64,000 nt of DNA from Clostridia bacterium (GCA_017621415.1 JAGATD010000053.1:96-64095); one strand, 5' to 3'; shown: positions 1 to 7,911, counted from the stretch's first letter. Made by a program: numbers and translations. The notes: generated from the letters alone by a model not told the origin.

Positions 1-20
1 AGCATAAAAAGGATATAATA

Positions 21-130
21 TAAGTGCGGGTGTATCTCAGCCCTAAATGAGAAACTTACTAAGCGAACTTCTCTTGGTTCTTTCAAGAAAGTTACAAGTG
101 AGTGTTTCGCTACTCAAAATGCGAAAGTTA
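21..130 (+). ncRNA. Candidate type III antitoxin RNA (ToxI/antiQ-like): three units in 36-nt register upstream of the ToxN/AbiQ gene
   Basis: GAAA(C/G)TTA occurs at 51, 87 and 123, an exact 36-nt spacing. Units 23-58 and 95-130 share 23/36 ungapped identities; the middle unit is degenerate. TATAAT lies at 14-19 upstream, and a terminator followed by the toxin gene lies downstream. Confidence 0.4.
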
Positions 131-138
131 TGTAATGG

Positions 139-170
139 GGGCAAGGCACACTTGCCCTCATTTGCTTTTT
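139..170 (+). terminator. Intrinsic terminator/attenuator between the repeat leader and the toxin gene
   Basis: GGGCAAG (139-145) pairs with CTTGCCC (151-157) around a 5-nt loop, followed by the T-rich TCATTTGCTTTTT. Confidence 0.6.
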
Positions 171-181
171 AGGAGAACTCA

Positions 182-670
182 ATGGACAACCTTAAGCTTT
201 ACGAAATTAACGGGGGCTACATTACATATCTCTCGGCATATGCTCCGCATCTGTTTCAGAATAAGAAATCCGGGCAGAAGAATGAGAGAAAATATATCGG
301 TATCGTTTTACAAATCAATGGCTTTGATTACTTCGCGCCGCTTTCCTCTTTTAAGGACAAGCACAGGCTGATGAAAGAAGGTCTTGATTTTATCAAGATC
401 AAGGACTATGCCGTTATCAATCTGAATAATATGTTCCCTGTGCCGCTGAGCGAAACCAAGTACGTTGATATCAGAAATGAGCGAGATCCGCACTATCGTT
501 CCTTGCTTTTATCTGAGTACCGTTATATCAAGTCTATTCAAGAGAAGATTTGGAAGAACGCGCAGAACGTCTATAAGATCAAAATTAAGGACGGAGATGC
601 TTCATCTCTTGCCAAGCGCTGCAACGATTTTCTTCTGCTTGAGAAGGCGTGTGCAGATTATATGAAGTAA
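182..670 (+). CDS. Type III toxin-antitoxin toxin, ToxN/AbiQ-family endoribonuclease
   Basis: 162 aa. The blocks KYIGIVLQINGFDYFAPLSSFKDKH and VINLNNMFPVP match my memory of AbiQ/ToxN. RBS AGGAGA sits 5 nt before the ATG. Confidence 0.85.
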   Translation: MDNLKLYEINGGYITYLSAYAPHLFQNKKSGQKNERKYIGIVLQINGFDYFAPLSSFKDKHRLMKEGLDFIKIKDYAVINLNNMFPVPLSETKYVDIRNERDPHYRSLLLSEYRYIKSIQEKIWKNAQNVYKIKIKDGDASSLAKRCNDFLLLEKACADYMK

Positions 671-696
671 TATTCCAACGCAGATCGTGAGGTGAA

Positions 697-1947
697 ATGA
701 ATAGTATGGGAAAATACAGCAATTTGATAAAATACTTAGATTTATTTCCCAACGATAACTTTGGAAAGTGGTTTGTCGATATCGAAGGTGATGGTACTTT
801 TGAACGCCCGTATCAATTTCCCCATGTTATGTACTCTGAGTTGGTAAACGAATTTATTCATGATGTACATAATTGTGCTGATCAAATAGGACTCAATGAT
901 TATGTAGAGATATTAAAGCGACATAGCATTGAATGGGGTAGCAAATCAATGAGCGGGGCTGATGTTACACAGCTTTCTGCAGATGTCATTTGCGCGTTAT
1001 TGCTTGGTGCTGTTCGGGCGGAAAAGTTTTGCGACGGAGCTTTGTTGGGCTTCTTCGAGGACGGAAGTATACAAAGATGGTTAAATGAGTTGAAAATCAA
1101 AGCGGAGGGTGAAAAAATGTCTTGCATAAGGATAGATGATTTGTTGAGAATTCCGGCTTCTGAAGCAACCAATGTGAAAGTTAAATTTAATCAAAATAAT
1201 GGCACTGAAGATCCGATGGATTTGTATTTAAAAAATCCCGAAATTGTGAACTGTCAGTGGCTATTTTGGCGTAACAAGCAAAGATATTTTAATGTTGGAC
1301 AGATAGCAATTTGCCTTTTAAAATTATCATATGACACATGGCTTTTAACTACCATCAAAAGAGTTACGGAAGAACTTGGAGTCGTTAACGGAATTAACTA
1401 CAAGGGTGAGGAGATTGCAGAGTATAGTCAGTATTTTGGCAGAGTGATTATTAAATATCACAAAACAGCTCAGACGCAAGGCATGTTTTATAATACAGTC
1501 TGTGATGAGTTGGAGGTGCTTGAAGTCCTTCCCAATGTGTTTGACGGCGACGAATTTCCCGGCTACGACAAGGTTCGCCTTTCGTATATGCAGTTGCAAT
1601 CAATCATTGAACGGCAGAAGAAAAGTTGGATAGCTGCTCTTGAAAATCAAAAGGCGGTATATCTTATTACAGACAAAAGTAACGGAAAGTTGTATGTTGG
1701 TTCTGCAACAAGCGATAATGGTATGTTGCTTACTCGTTGGTCAAATTACGCCGAAAACGGACACGGGGGCAATGTAGAGTTGAAAAAACTCGTTGCCGAA
1801 AAAGGATTCGATTACATAAAGCAGAATTTTCAATATTCGATATTAGAAAATTACAATGCAAGAGTTGATGATCACGTGATTTTAGATCGAGAGTCTTGGT
1901 GGAAGGAAACCCTACAAAGCAGAACTTTCGGTTATAACGATAATTAA
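697..1947 (+). CDS. GIY-YIG nuclease-domain protein with ~300-aa N-terminal region of unknown function
   Basis: The C-terminus reads AVYLITDKSNGKLYVGSA...RWSNY...GHGGN...ESWWKETL...GYNDN (GIY-YIG layout). RBS GAGGTGA. The gene starts 26 nt after the toxN stop. Confidence 0.75.
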   Translation: MNSMGKYSNLIKYLDLFPNDNFGKWFVDIEGDGTFERPYQFPHVMYSELVNEFIHDVHNCADQIGLNDYVEILKRHSIEWGSKSMSGADVTQLSADVICALLLGAVRAEKFCDGALLGFFEDGSIQRWLNELKIKAEGEKMSCIRIDDLLRIPASEATNVKVKFNQNNGTEDPMDLYLKNPEIVNCQWLFWRNKQRYFNVGQIAICLLKLSYDTWLLTTIKRVTEELGVVNGINYKGEEIAEYSQYFGRVIIKYHKTAQTQGMFYNTVCDELEVLEVLPNVFDGDEFPGYDKVRLSYMQLQSIIERQKKSWIAALENQKAVYLITDKSNGKLYVGSATSDNGMLLTRWSNYAENGHGGNVELKKLVAEKGFDYIKQNFQYSILENYNARVDDHVILDRESWWKETLQSRTFGYNDN

Positions 1948-1977
1948 ACAATTTGATATTAGCAAAGGAAGATTAAG

Positions 1978-2744
1978 ATGATTGGTGAAAAAGTTCGTCA
2001 TTCCATATTTGGAGAAGGTACAATAAAAGAGATCAAAGACGGCTCAAAAAGCTATCAGAAATATATTACCGTAGAATTTAAAGTATGCGACAAAAAGTTC
2101 ATATTCCCTGACATTTTTGAAAAATACTAAAAACAGATAGTGAAGTTCTCAACAGAGAAATCCAAACAGCATTTGAGAACATCAAGGCAGAACAAGAGAA
2201 GGAACGCATCGAGAAGGAAAAAGAAAAGGCGAGAATTGAGTTTGAAAAAGCCGAAGCTGAAAGAATCCTTCTTGAGAAAAAACAAGCTAAGAGAACACAT
2301 ATAAATACAACTGTTATCAGTGGAAATCTTATTAAGGGGCAGGTTTATGGAACTGCCGCCAAAGATATTTTTGAGGCTGGTTGTGACGCTTTTGCTTGGA
2401 ATCAATATGAATCAAAATGCTTTGGATGGCAAACGCCAAACTATAGCGAAATTGCAACCAAGGAAGGTTATAGCGTTTGGTTTTTAGCACACAGTAATTG
2501 GACAAATACCGATACCGCCGGAGTTAAGAACAAAATTTCCGAAACATATATGGAACAATGGTGGATGGAGTCAGATCACCCCGTTGCTACAACTCGCAAA
2601 CGATTGATATTCGCAAAAAAAGATAATCATTACATATTCTTGGGATTGTTCAAGTACATTGGTAAAGAGTGCACGGAAATACAAGATGGGAAAATCTATT
2701 ATATTGAGAGATTCGACCGTGTTTCAGAAGAATATCCAGAATAA
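1978..2744 (+). pseudogene. Gene split by a frameshift: Tudor-like N-terminus (GEKVRHSIFGEGTI) + coiled coil + unknown C-terminal domain
   Basis: The frame from ATG 1978 stops at 2128-2130. A second frame is open from 2121 to 2744 with no start codon before 2550. The two frames overlap at an A5 run (2120-2124). Adding one A gives a single ~256-aa ORF. Confidence 0.5.
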
Positions 2745-2796
2745 TATTGTACCACATCGGTGCTATAAAAAAGTGGAATCTTTCTCCGCAAACCTC

Positions 2797-2825
2797 TTGT
2801 AATTATTCCGTTTTTATGGTATAAT
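2797..2825 (+). promoter_or_regulatory. Sigma-70-like promoter with no ORF downstream
   Basis: TTGTAA (2797-2802), 17-nt spacer, TATAAT (2820-2825). Downstream, GGTATC (2857-2862) can pair with GATACC at 2866-2871 or at 2877-2882; the latter is followed by T6. Confidence 0.35.
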
Positions 2826-3047
2826 AAATCAAACAGAGATAGTGTGTTTTTCGGGTGGTATCGGTGATACCAATTTGATACCGTTTTTTCGTATACCCCA
2901 TAGATTATGGGGGGAAAGATAGGCGGATTACCCGAAAAAAGCACGTTAAAATACCTAATTTCACTCTGAATATTGCTAATTTAAGCGAGTGGGAATAAGG
3001 TTTGCTTAGCGAAACCCAATTATGATCGTTTCGAAGAAACGGTTGTA

Positions 3048-3170
3048 TCATAACATTTGGCGAAGCCAAATTCATAACTCCAAACTCATAACCCATACTT
3101 TTTCAATCAGCGAAACGAGTTATCGGTTATGATTGCTTTAGGCAAGTTATGATTGGCTTCGCCATTTTTT
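3048..3170 (+). other. Long imperfect hairpin built from TCATAAC/GTTATGA repeats, followed by T6
   Basis: GGCGAAGCCAA (3059-3069) pairs with TTGGCTTCGCC (3153-3163). Inner stems are 3072-3078/3146-3152 and 3086-3093/3125-3132. TCATAAC occurs at 3048, 3072 and 3086; GTTAT(C/G) occurs at 3119, 3126 and 3146. T6 lies at 3165-3170. Confidence 0.5.
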
Positions 3171-3176
3171 AGGACT

Positions 3177-3205
3177 CTTGAAATAGCGGCTTCAAGTTGT
3201 TTTTT
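3177..3205 (+). terminator. Second terminator-like hairpin
   Basis: CTTGAA (3177-3182) pairs with TTCAAG (3191-3196), followed by TTGTTTTTT. Confidence 0.5.
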
Positions 3206-3244
3206 GCTGTTGTTTGTTATTGTTTGTTATTTTATAGTTTGCTA

Positions 3245-3273
3245 TTGCATTTATTGCCAAAATTTGTTATAAT
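3245..3273 (+). promoter_or_regulatory. Sigma-70-like promoter for the psiE-like gene
   Basis: TTGCAT, 17-nt spacer, TATAAT. Confidence 0.5.
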
Positions 3274-3377
3274 GTAGGGAAGAAAGAATAATCCGAACTC
3301 GCTCTAAAACCTGAATTTTCAGCGCTTTCGGCACTTATCACTCTTGCCTATTCATCAATATTTTACGGGAGATTTGC

Positions 3378-3776
3378 ATGAACAAGAAAATCGGTAAGGC
3401 TTTTTATTTTGTAGTTCATATTCTTGAATATCTGATAGCCCTTATAACCCTTGCGGTGCTTGTGTTTATGCTGGGTTACGAGATTTATAAAATGTTTGTA
3501 ACCGAGGGCTACTTTAACCAGGTTGACACCTATTTACATAACATACTGACAATAGTTGTCGGTCTCGAGTTCGTCAGAATGCTTATAAACCTTACTCCGG
3601 CCAACACGCTTGAGGTGCTTATTGTGGCTATTGCCCGCCAGGTTATTGTTGACCACTCGGGATTGCTTGAAAACATTGTTTGCGTGCTCTGTATTGGCGG
3701 ACTTTTCTCAATTCGTAAGTTCCTTATTTCAAAGCATGATTTAAGCCGAGAGCTTTCTGAGGGAGATGAAGAGTAA
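3378..3776 (+). CDS. Small integral membrane protein, PsiE-like
   Basis: 132 aa with about 4 TM segments. The VGLEFVRMLI...IARQVI pattern recalls the PsiE family. RBS GGGAGA. Confidence 0.55.
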   Translation: MNKKIGKAFYFVVHILEYLIALITLAVLVFMLGYEIYKMFVTEGYFNQVDTYLHNILTIVVGLEFVRMLINLTPANTLEVLIVAIARQVIVDHSGLLENIVCVLCIGGLFSIRKFLISKHDLSRELSEGDEE

Positions 3777-3873
3777 TTTGTGTTTTTCGGCTTCGATATT
3801 TTTGCTTAAAGCATTTTGTTTTTTAGCGTTGTAATTAGCATATTGTCACTAAATTAGCAAAGAAGAGGTTGTT

Positions 3874-5952
3874 ATGAAAATAAAGACAAACATTTTCTCT
3901 CTGATTTTGACTGTATTAACCTTAATTTTGGTTATGTCGTCATGCGACTCCGTTATAGCAGAGGCTCCTTGCGATCATTTATGGATAGATGCCGATTGCA
4001 AAACAGAAAAGCACTGCGAGAAGTGCGGTGAAACCGATGGCGAAGCACTGGGTCACACTCCGGGTGCAGAAGCAACCTGTACTGCCGACCAGACCTGCAC
4101 CGCGTGCGGCGAAACTCTTGTAGCAAAGCACCATACCCCCGAAGCGGTTAAGGGCTATGCCGCCACCTGTACCGAAGACGGCATGACCGATGGAGTAAAG
4201 TGCGGAAAATGCAGCGAGGTTATTACTCCCTCGGAGGTTATAGACGCAAAGGGACACACCCCCGGCGACGAAGAAACCTGCACCACCGACCAGACCTGCA
4301 CCGTGTGCGGTGATACTCTTGTAGCAAAGCACCATACCCCCGAAGTGGTTAAGGGCTATGCCGCAACCTGTACCGAAGACGGCATGACCGACGGAGTAAA
4401 GTGCGGAAAATGCGGTGAGGCAATTACCCCGTGTGAGGTTATAGATGCAAAGGGACACACCCCCGGCGCAGAAGCAACCTGCACCACCGACCAAACCTGC
4501 ACCGTGTGCGGTGATACTCTTGTAGCAAAGCATCACATACCAGTAGTGGTTAAGGGTTATGCTGCCACTTGTACTTCAACGGGGCTTAGCGACGGTGAAA
4601 AGTGCGGCTCCTGCGGGGAAATACTTACCGCGCAAAAGACTATAGGGCTTAGGCCCCACACCGAGGTAGAAATTTCTGCTGTAGCTCCTACCTGTTATGA
4701 TAGCGGGCTTACCGCGGGTATCAAGTGCGACGTGTGCCAGCAGGTCATCAAGGCGCAAACCGCGGTTTCTGCCGCAGGACACAGCTTTGAAGACGGCGTA
4801 TGTACAGTGTGCGGACAGGGTTATTATAACGAGGGTATGGTCTTTGAGCTTGATAATACAGAATCATACTATATAGTCGTAAGAATAGGTTCCACCTCCG
4901 ACAAAAACATAGTAATTCCCGCAACATACAAGGGGCTTCCCGTAAAGACGATAGGTCGCGACTTTACAAGATACAATAGCAATAAGGCAAGCTTTGAAAC
5001 TATCACAATTCCCTCCGGCATAAACTGTATTGAGGCGGACATCAGCTACTCAGGCAAGTATAGTCCTTTTGCCGGTTGTGAGAACCTTAAAAAGGTTTAT
5101 ATCGAGAGCCTTGACTCTTGGTTCGATATGCAGATTGGCACTTGGGGAGTATGCAATCCTTTGCATTATGGCGCTGAGCTTTACTGTAACGGAGAGCTTG
5201 TAACGGAGGTTACGGTGCCCGAGCGTATAACCGAGCTTTATAATGATTTGTTTGACGGTTGTTCATCAATTACAAAGATCAACTTCCACAATTCTATGTA
5301 TGTAATAGGCGGCTTCTACAATCTGCCTAATCTTACCGAGGTTAAAATTCCTTCATGTACTAAGGTAATTGTTTCGGCATTTTCGGGCTGCTCATCACTT
5401 AGCGTAATTGATATTCCCGATACAGTTTATCATATTTTTGCAACCTTTGAGGGCACTGCTTATTACAACAATCCAGACAATTGGGATGAGGGCAATGTGC
5501 TTTATGTAGGTAAGCATTTGATCAAAGCAAAAAATACAATAACAGGCGAGTATACTGTAAGAGACGACACTAAGAGTATTTCTGCATTTGCATTTAATGG
5601 CTGCCGTGGTCTTACTAAGCTTACTCTTAACGACGGGCTTGTGACCATCGGCAACGGAGCCTTCGCCAGCACTGCAAATCTTCAGAGTATAACCATTCCC
5701 GCAACCGTACGATACATTGGTTATAATGTCTTCGATTATATGTATAACAACAGGTACGGATTGGAAATCATCTTCAACTACACAGGCCCTTGGTATCAGC
5801 ACGGCGACTTGTACAAAAACCTTGCAAATTCGTCTTATATATACGGTACGAGATACAACACCGTAGTTGTATACTATGTTAACAATCAAAAGGTTACCGG
5901 CGGCACTCCGGGCATGAAAGATACCACCTATTCCGAAGCGATTTGCCATTAG
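3874..5952 (+). CDS. Surface lipoprotein: Cys-rich 67-aa repeats plus BspA-type leucine-rich repeats
   Basis: Lipobox LVMSSC. Three GHTPG...ATCT.DG.TDG.KCGKCGE modules. The C-terminal half carries LRR-like ITIP..V..IG..AF motifs. Confidence 0.75.
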   Translation: MKIKTNIFSLILTVLTLILVMSSCDSVIAEAPCDHLWIDADCKTEKHCEKCGETDGEALGHTPGAEATCTADQTCTACGETLVAKHHTPEAVKGYAATCTEDGMTDGVKCGKCSEVITPSEVIDAKGHTPGDEETCTTDQTCTVCGDTLVAKHHTPEVVKGYAATCTEDGMTDGVKCGKCGEAITPCEVIDAKGHTPGAEATCTTDQTCTVCGDTLVAKHHIPVVVKGYAATCTSTGLSDGEKCGSCGEILTAQKTIGLRPHTEVEISAVAPTCYDSGLTAGIKCDVCQQVIKAQTAVSAAGHSFEDGVCTVCGQGYYNEGMVFELDNTESYYIVVRIGSTSDKNIVIPATYKGLPVKTIGRDFTRYNSNKASFETITIPSGINCIEADISYSGKYSPFAGCENLKKVYIESLDSWFDMQIGTWGVCNPLHYGAELYCNGELVTEVTVPERITELYNDLFDGCSSITKINFHNSMYVIGGFYNLPNLTEVKIPSCTKVIVSAFSGCSSLSVIDIPDTVYHIFATFEGTAYYNNPDNWDEGNVLYVGKHLIKAKNTITGEYTVRDDTKSISAFAFNGCRGLTKLTLNDGLVTIGNGAFASTANLQSITIPATVRYIGYNVFDYMYNNRYGLEIIFNYTGPWYQHGDLYKNLANSSYIYGTRYNTVVVYYVNNQKVTGGTPGMKDTTYSEAICH
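4051..4653 (+). repeat. In-frame 201-bp tandem repeat (about 3 copies) inside the lipoprotein gene
   Basis: Units start at 4051, 4252 and 4453. Units 1 and 2 are close to 90% identical at the DNA level by eye; unit 3 diverges after about 110 nt. Confidence 0.8.
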
Positions 5953-5973
5953 GAATGTACGAAATCTCGAAAA

Positions 5974-6001
5974 AAGGTGATGCGAGAAATCGCATCACCT
6001 T
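5974..6001 (+). terminator. Intrinsic terminator
   Basis: AAGGTGATGCG pairs with CGCATCACCTT (11 bp), followed by a T-rich tail. Confidence 0.7.
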
Positions 6002-6078
6002 TCATATATGTTCAAATAGATACAAAAACCACCTAAAATGCAAACATAAAGTTGCAAAACAGGCGGTTTTTGTTTTGG

Positions 6079-7143
6079 TTAGATGTTTATTTTGTTTTCA
6101 ACGGTGTAAAGCTGCATAAGATTATGAATTCTGTCATCTATACGAGCCTTCATAGCCGCAATCTCTTCTTCGTTGAACTTATCAAGCTGACCGGGCTTTA
6201 ATGTATTTTTATACATATTATCCATAGTGAGAGCAAAGTTGATATCAAGGGTAACAAGCTCACCTGCGCGTTCGCATACAACAACATTTGATTCACCGCG
6301 AAGAAGCGCCTCTGCGGCAAACACGCCGAGTCTTGATGCGAATACACGGTCAACAAGTGTAGGATTTCCTCCTCTTACAATATGAGCAAGGCGGGCAAAT
6401 TTTGTTTCAACACCGCTCTCAGCCTCAATCTTTTTAGCAAGCGCAGGACCGTACTCGCTGCCAACACCCTCGGAAACAATAACGATAAAGTTACGCTTAC
6501 CCATTTCGCGCCCCTTTTTAATTCTTTTGCATATGGAATTGTCGTCGTAGGGGAACTCGGGGACAACAACTGCGGTAGCGCCCGATGCTATAGCGGTGTT
6601 AAGCGCAATGTCACCGGCACCGCGGCCCATAACCTCAACAACATTGCATCTTGCGTGAGATTCGCAGGTGTCTCTCAGCTTGTCTACAAGCTCAATAACT
6701 GTGTTCATAGCTGTGTCAAAGCCTATTGTGTTATCGGTGGAGGTTATATCATTGTCAATTGTAGCGGGAATACCGATGCAGGGAATACCGTGGTTGGTAA
6801 GGTCGGTAGCGCCTCGGAATGTTCCGTCGCCGCCTATCGCTACAATACCGTCAATACCAAGCCTCTTGCAGGTCGCAACAGCCTTAGCCATGCCCTCGGG
6901 GGTCTTAAACTCGAGGCAACGGTCCGAATAGAGGAATGTTCCTCCTTTGTTAACTATATTAGAGACGTCTCTGGGTCCCAATTTACGGATATCACCGTCA
7001 ATAAGTCCTGAGTATCCGCGGTAGATGCCGTAGACCTCAACTCCTCTGGCAAGGGCTGTACGCACAACTGCTCTTGCAGCCGCATTCATACCGGGCGCGT
7101 CGCCGCCGGAGGTAAGTACGCCGATTGTTCTGAATTCTTTCAT
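6079..7143 (-). CDS. pfkA: ATP-dependent 6-phosphofructokinase
   Basis: IGVLTSGGDAPGMNAA, GGDGT, and MGR motifs. Start set at MKEFRT (RBS AGGAAGG) rather than the upstream ORF start. Confidence 0.9.
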   Translation of the reverse strand: MKEFRTIGVLTSGGDAPGMNAAARAVVRTALARGVEVYGIYRGYSGLIDGDIRKLGPRDVSNIVNKGGTFLYSDRCLEFKTPEGMAKAVATCKRLGIDGIVAIGGDGTFRGATDLTNHGIPCIGIPATIDNDITSTDNTIGFDTAMNTVIELVDKLRDTCESHARCNVVEVMGRGAGDIALNTAIASGATAVVVPEFPYDDNSICKRIKKGREMGKRNFIVIVSEGVGSEYGPALAKKIEAESGVETKFARLAHIVRGGNPTLVDRVFASRLGVFAAEALLRGESNVVVCERAGELVTLDINFALTMDNMYKNTLKPGQLDKFNEEEIAAMKARIDDRIHNLMQLYTVENKINI

Positions 7144-7327
7144 TTCACTGTTCCTTCCTAATGGCAGGGCAGCAAACCTGTACAAAATTTATGTTCGCTT
7201 TTTGCCCTCGAAAAATATCGCAAGCATAATTATACAATAACTTTTCTTTTTTTACAATACTATTTACAGAATTTTTTTTATTTTTTTGGAGAAAATGCTT
7301 AAATTTTGTAAATAAATTATTTTGTGA

Positions 7328-7356
7328 TTGACAAAATACCCATGTAGTGATATAAT
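7328..7356 (+). promoter_or_regulatory. Sigma-70-like promoter
   Basis: TTGACA, 17-nt spacer, TATAAT. Confidence 0.5.
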
Positions 7357-7399
7357 AAAATAAAATTTATGTCCTAAAAGGAGGATGTTCAGTTAGCCT

Positions 7400-7831
7400 A
7401 TGTATATTGCCCTTATAGCCGATGACCACAAGAAAGAATTGATGGCGCAGTTTTGTATTGCTTACTGTAATATACTCTCAAAGCACCACCTTTGTGCAAC
7501 AAACACTACCGGCCAGTACATTTCAGATGCCACAGGCCTTGAGATAGAAACCTTTCTTCCGGGAAGCACCGGCGGTATGGATCAGATAACATCGAGAGTT
7601 TCTTACAATGAGATTGACCTTGTTTTCTGTTTCAGAAGCACCGACCCAACAGTGCCTCCTTACGAGTCAGAGCTTAATCTTCTTCGTCAATGCGATGTTT
7701 ATAATATCCCAATGGCGACAAATATTGCTACCGCTGAGGTTCTCGTTACCGCCCTGGAGGCAGGCAGCTTTGATTGGCGCAAATACGTTAATCCTATCAG
7801 CGACTACTCTGTGGGTAAGAGAAAAAAGTAA
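7400..7831 (+). CDS. Methylglyoxal-synthase-like (MGS-fold) protein with altered active-site motifs
   Basis: It can be aligned by eye to MgsA along its whole length (IALIA.D.KK, ATNTTG, NIPMATN), but the AHD, GGDQQ and PHEPD motifs are changed. Confidence 0.7.
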   Translation: MYIALIADDHKKELMAQFCIAYCNILSKHHLCATNTTGQYISDATGLEIETFLPGSTGGMDQITSRVSYNEIDLVFCFRSTDPTVPPYESELNLLRQCDVYNIPMATNIATAEVLVTALEAGSFDWRKYVNPISDYSVGKRKK

Positions 7832-7911
7832 TTAAATGACAAAAACGGAAGTTTTGGCTGCCGTTTTTGTCTTTTTTGCAAGAAATACTGATAAAGGAAA
7901 GGTGTCCTGCC

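Noticed and set aside
2699-3096. 81-aa and 63-aa minus-strand ORFs in the 2745-3377 spacer
   Set aside because: They have no RBS and overlap hairpins and terminators, and their composition is not protein-like. The region is treated as non-coding.
3979-4536. 185-aa minus-strand ORF inside the lipoprotein gene
   Set aside because: It is a shadow ORF created by the GC-rich in-frame tandem repeats on the plus strand. The same reasoning applies to antisense ORFs at 6382-7011, 11515-12102, 27597-28247, 42053-42619, 50412-51071, 52294-53037 and 56161-56874.
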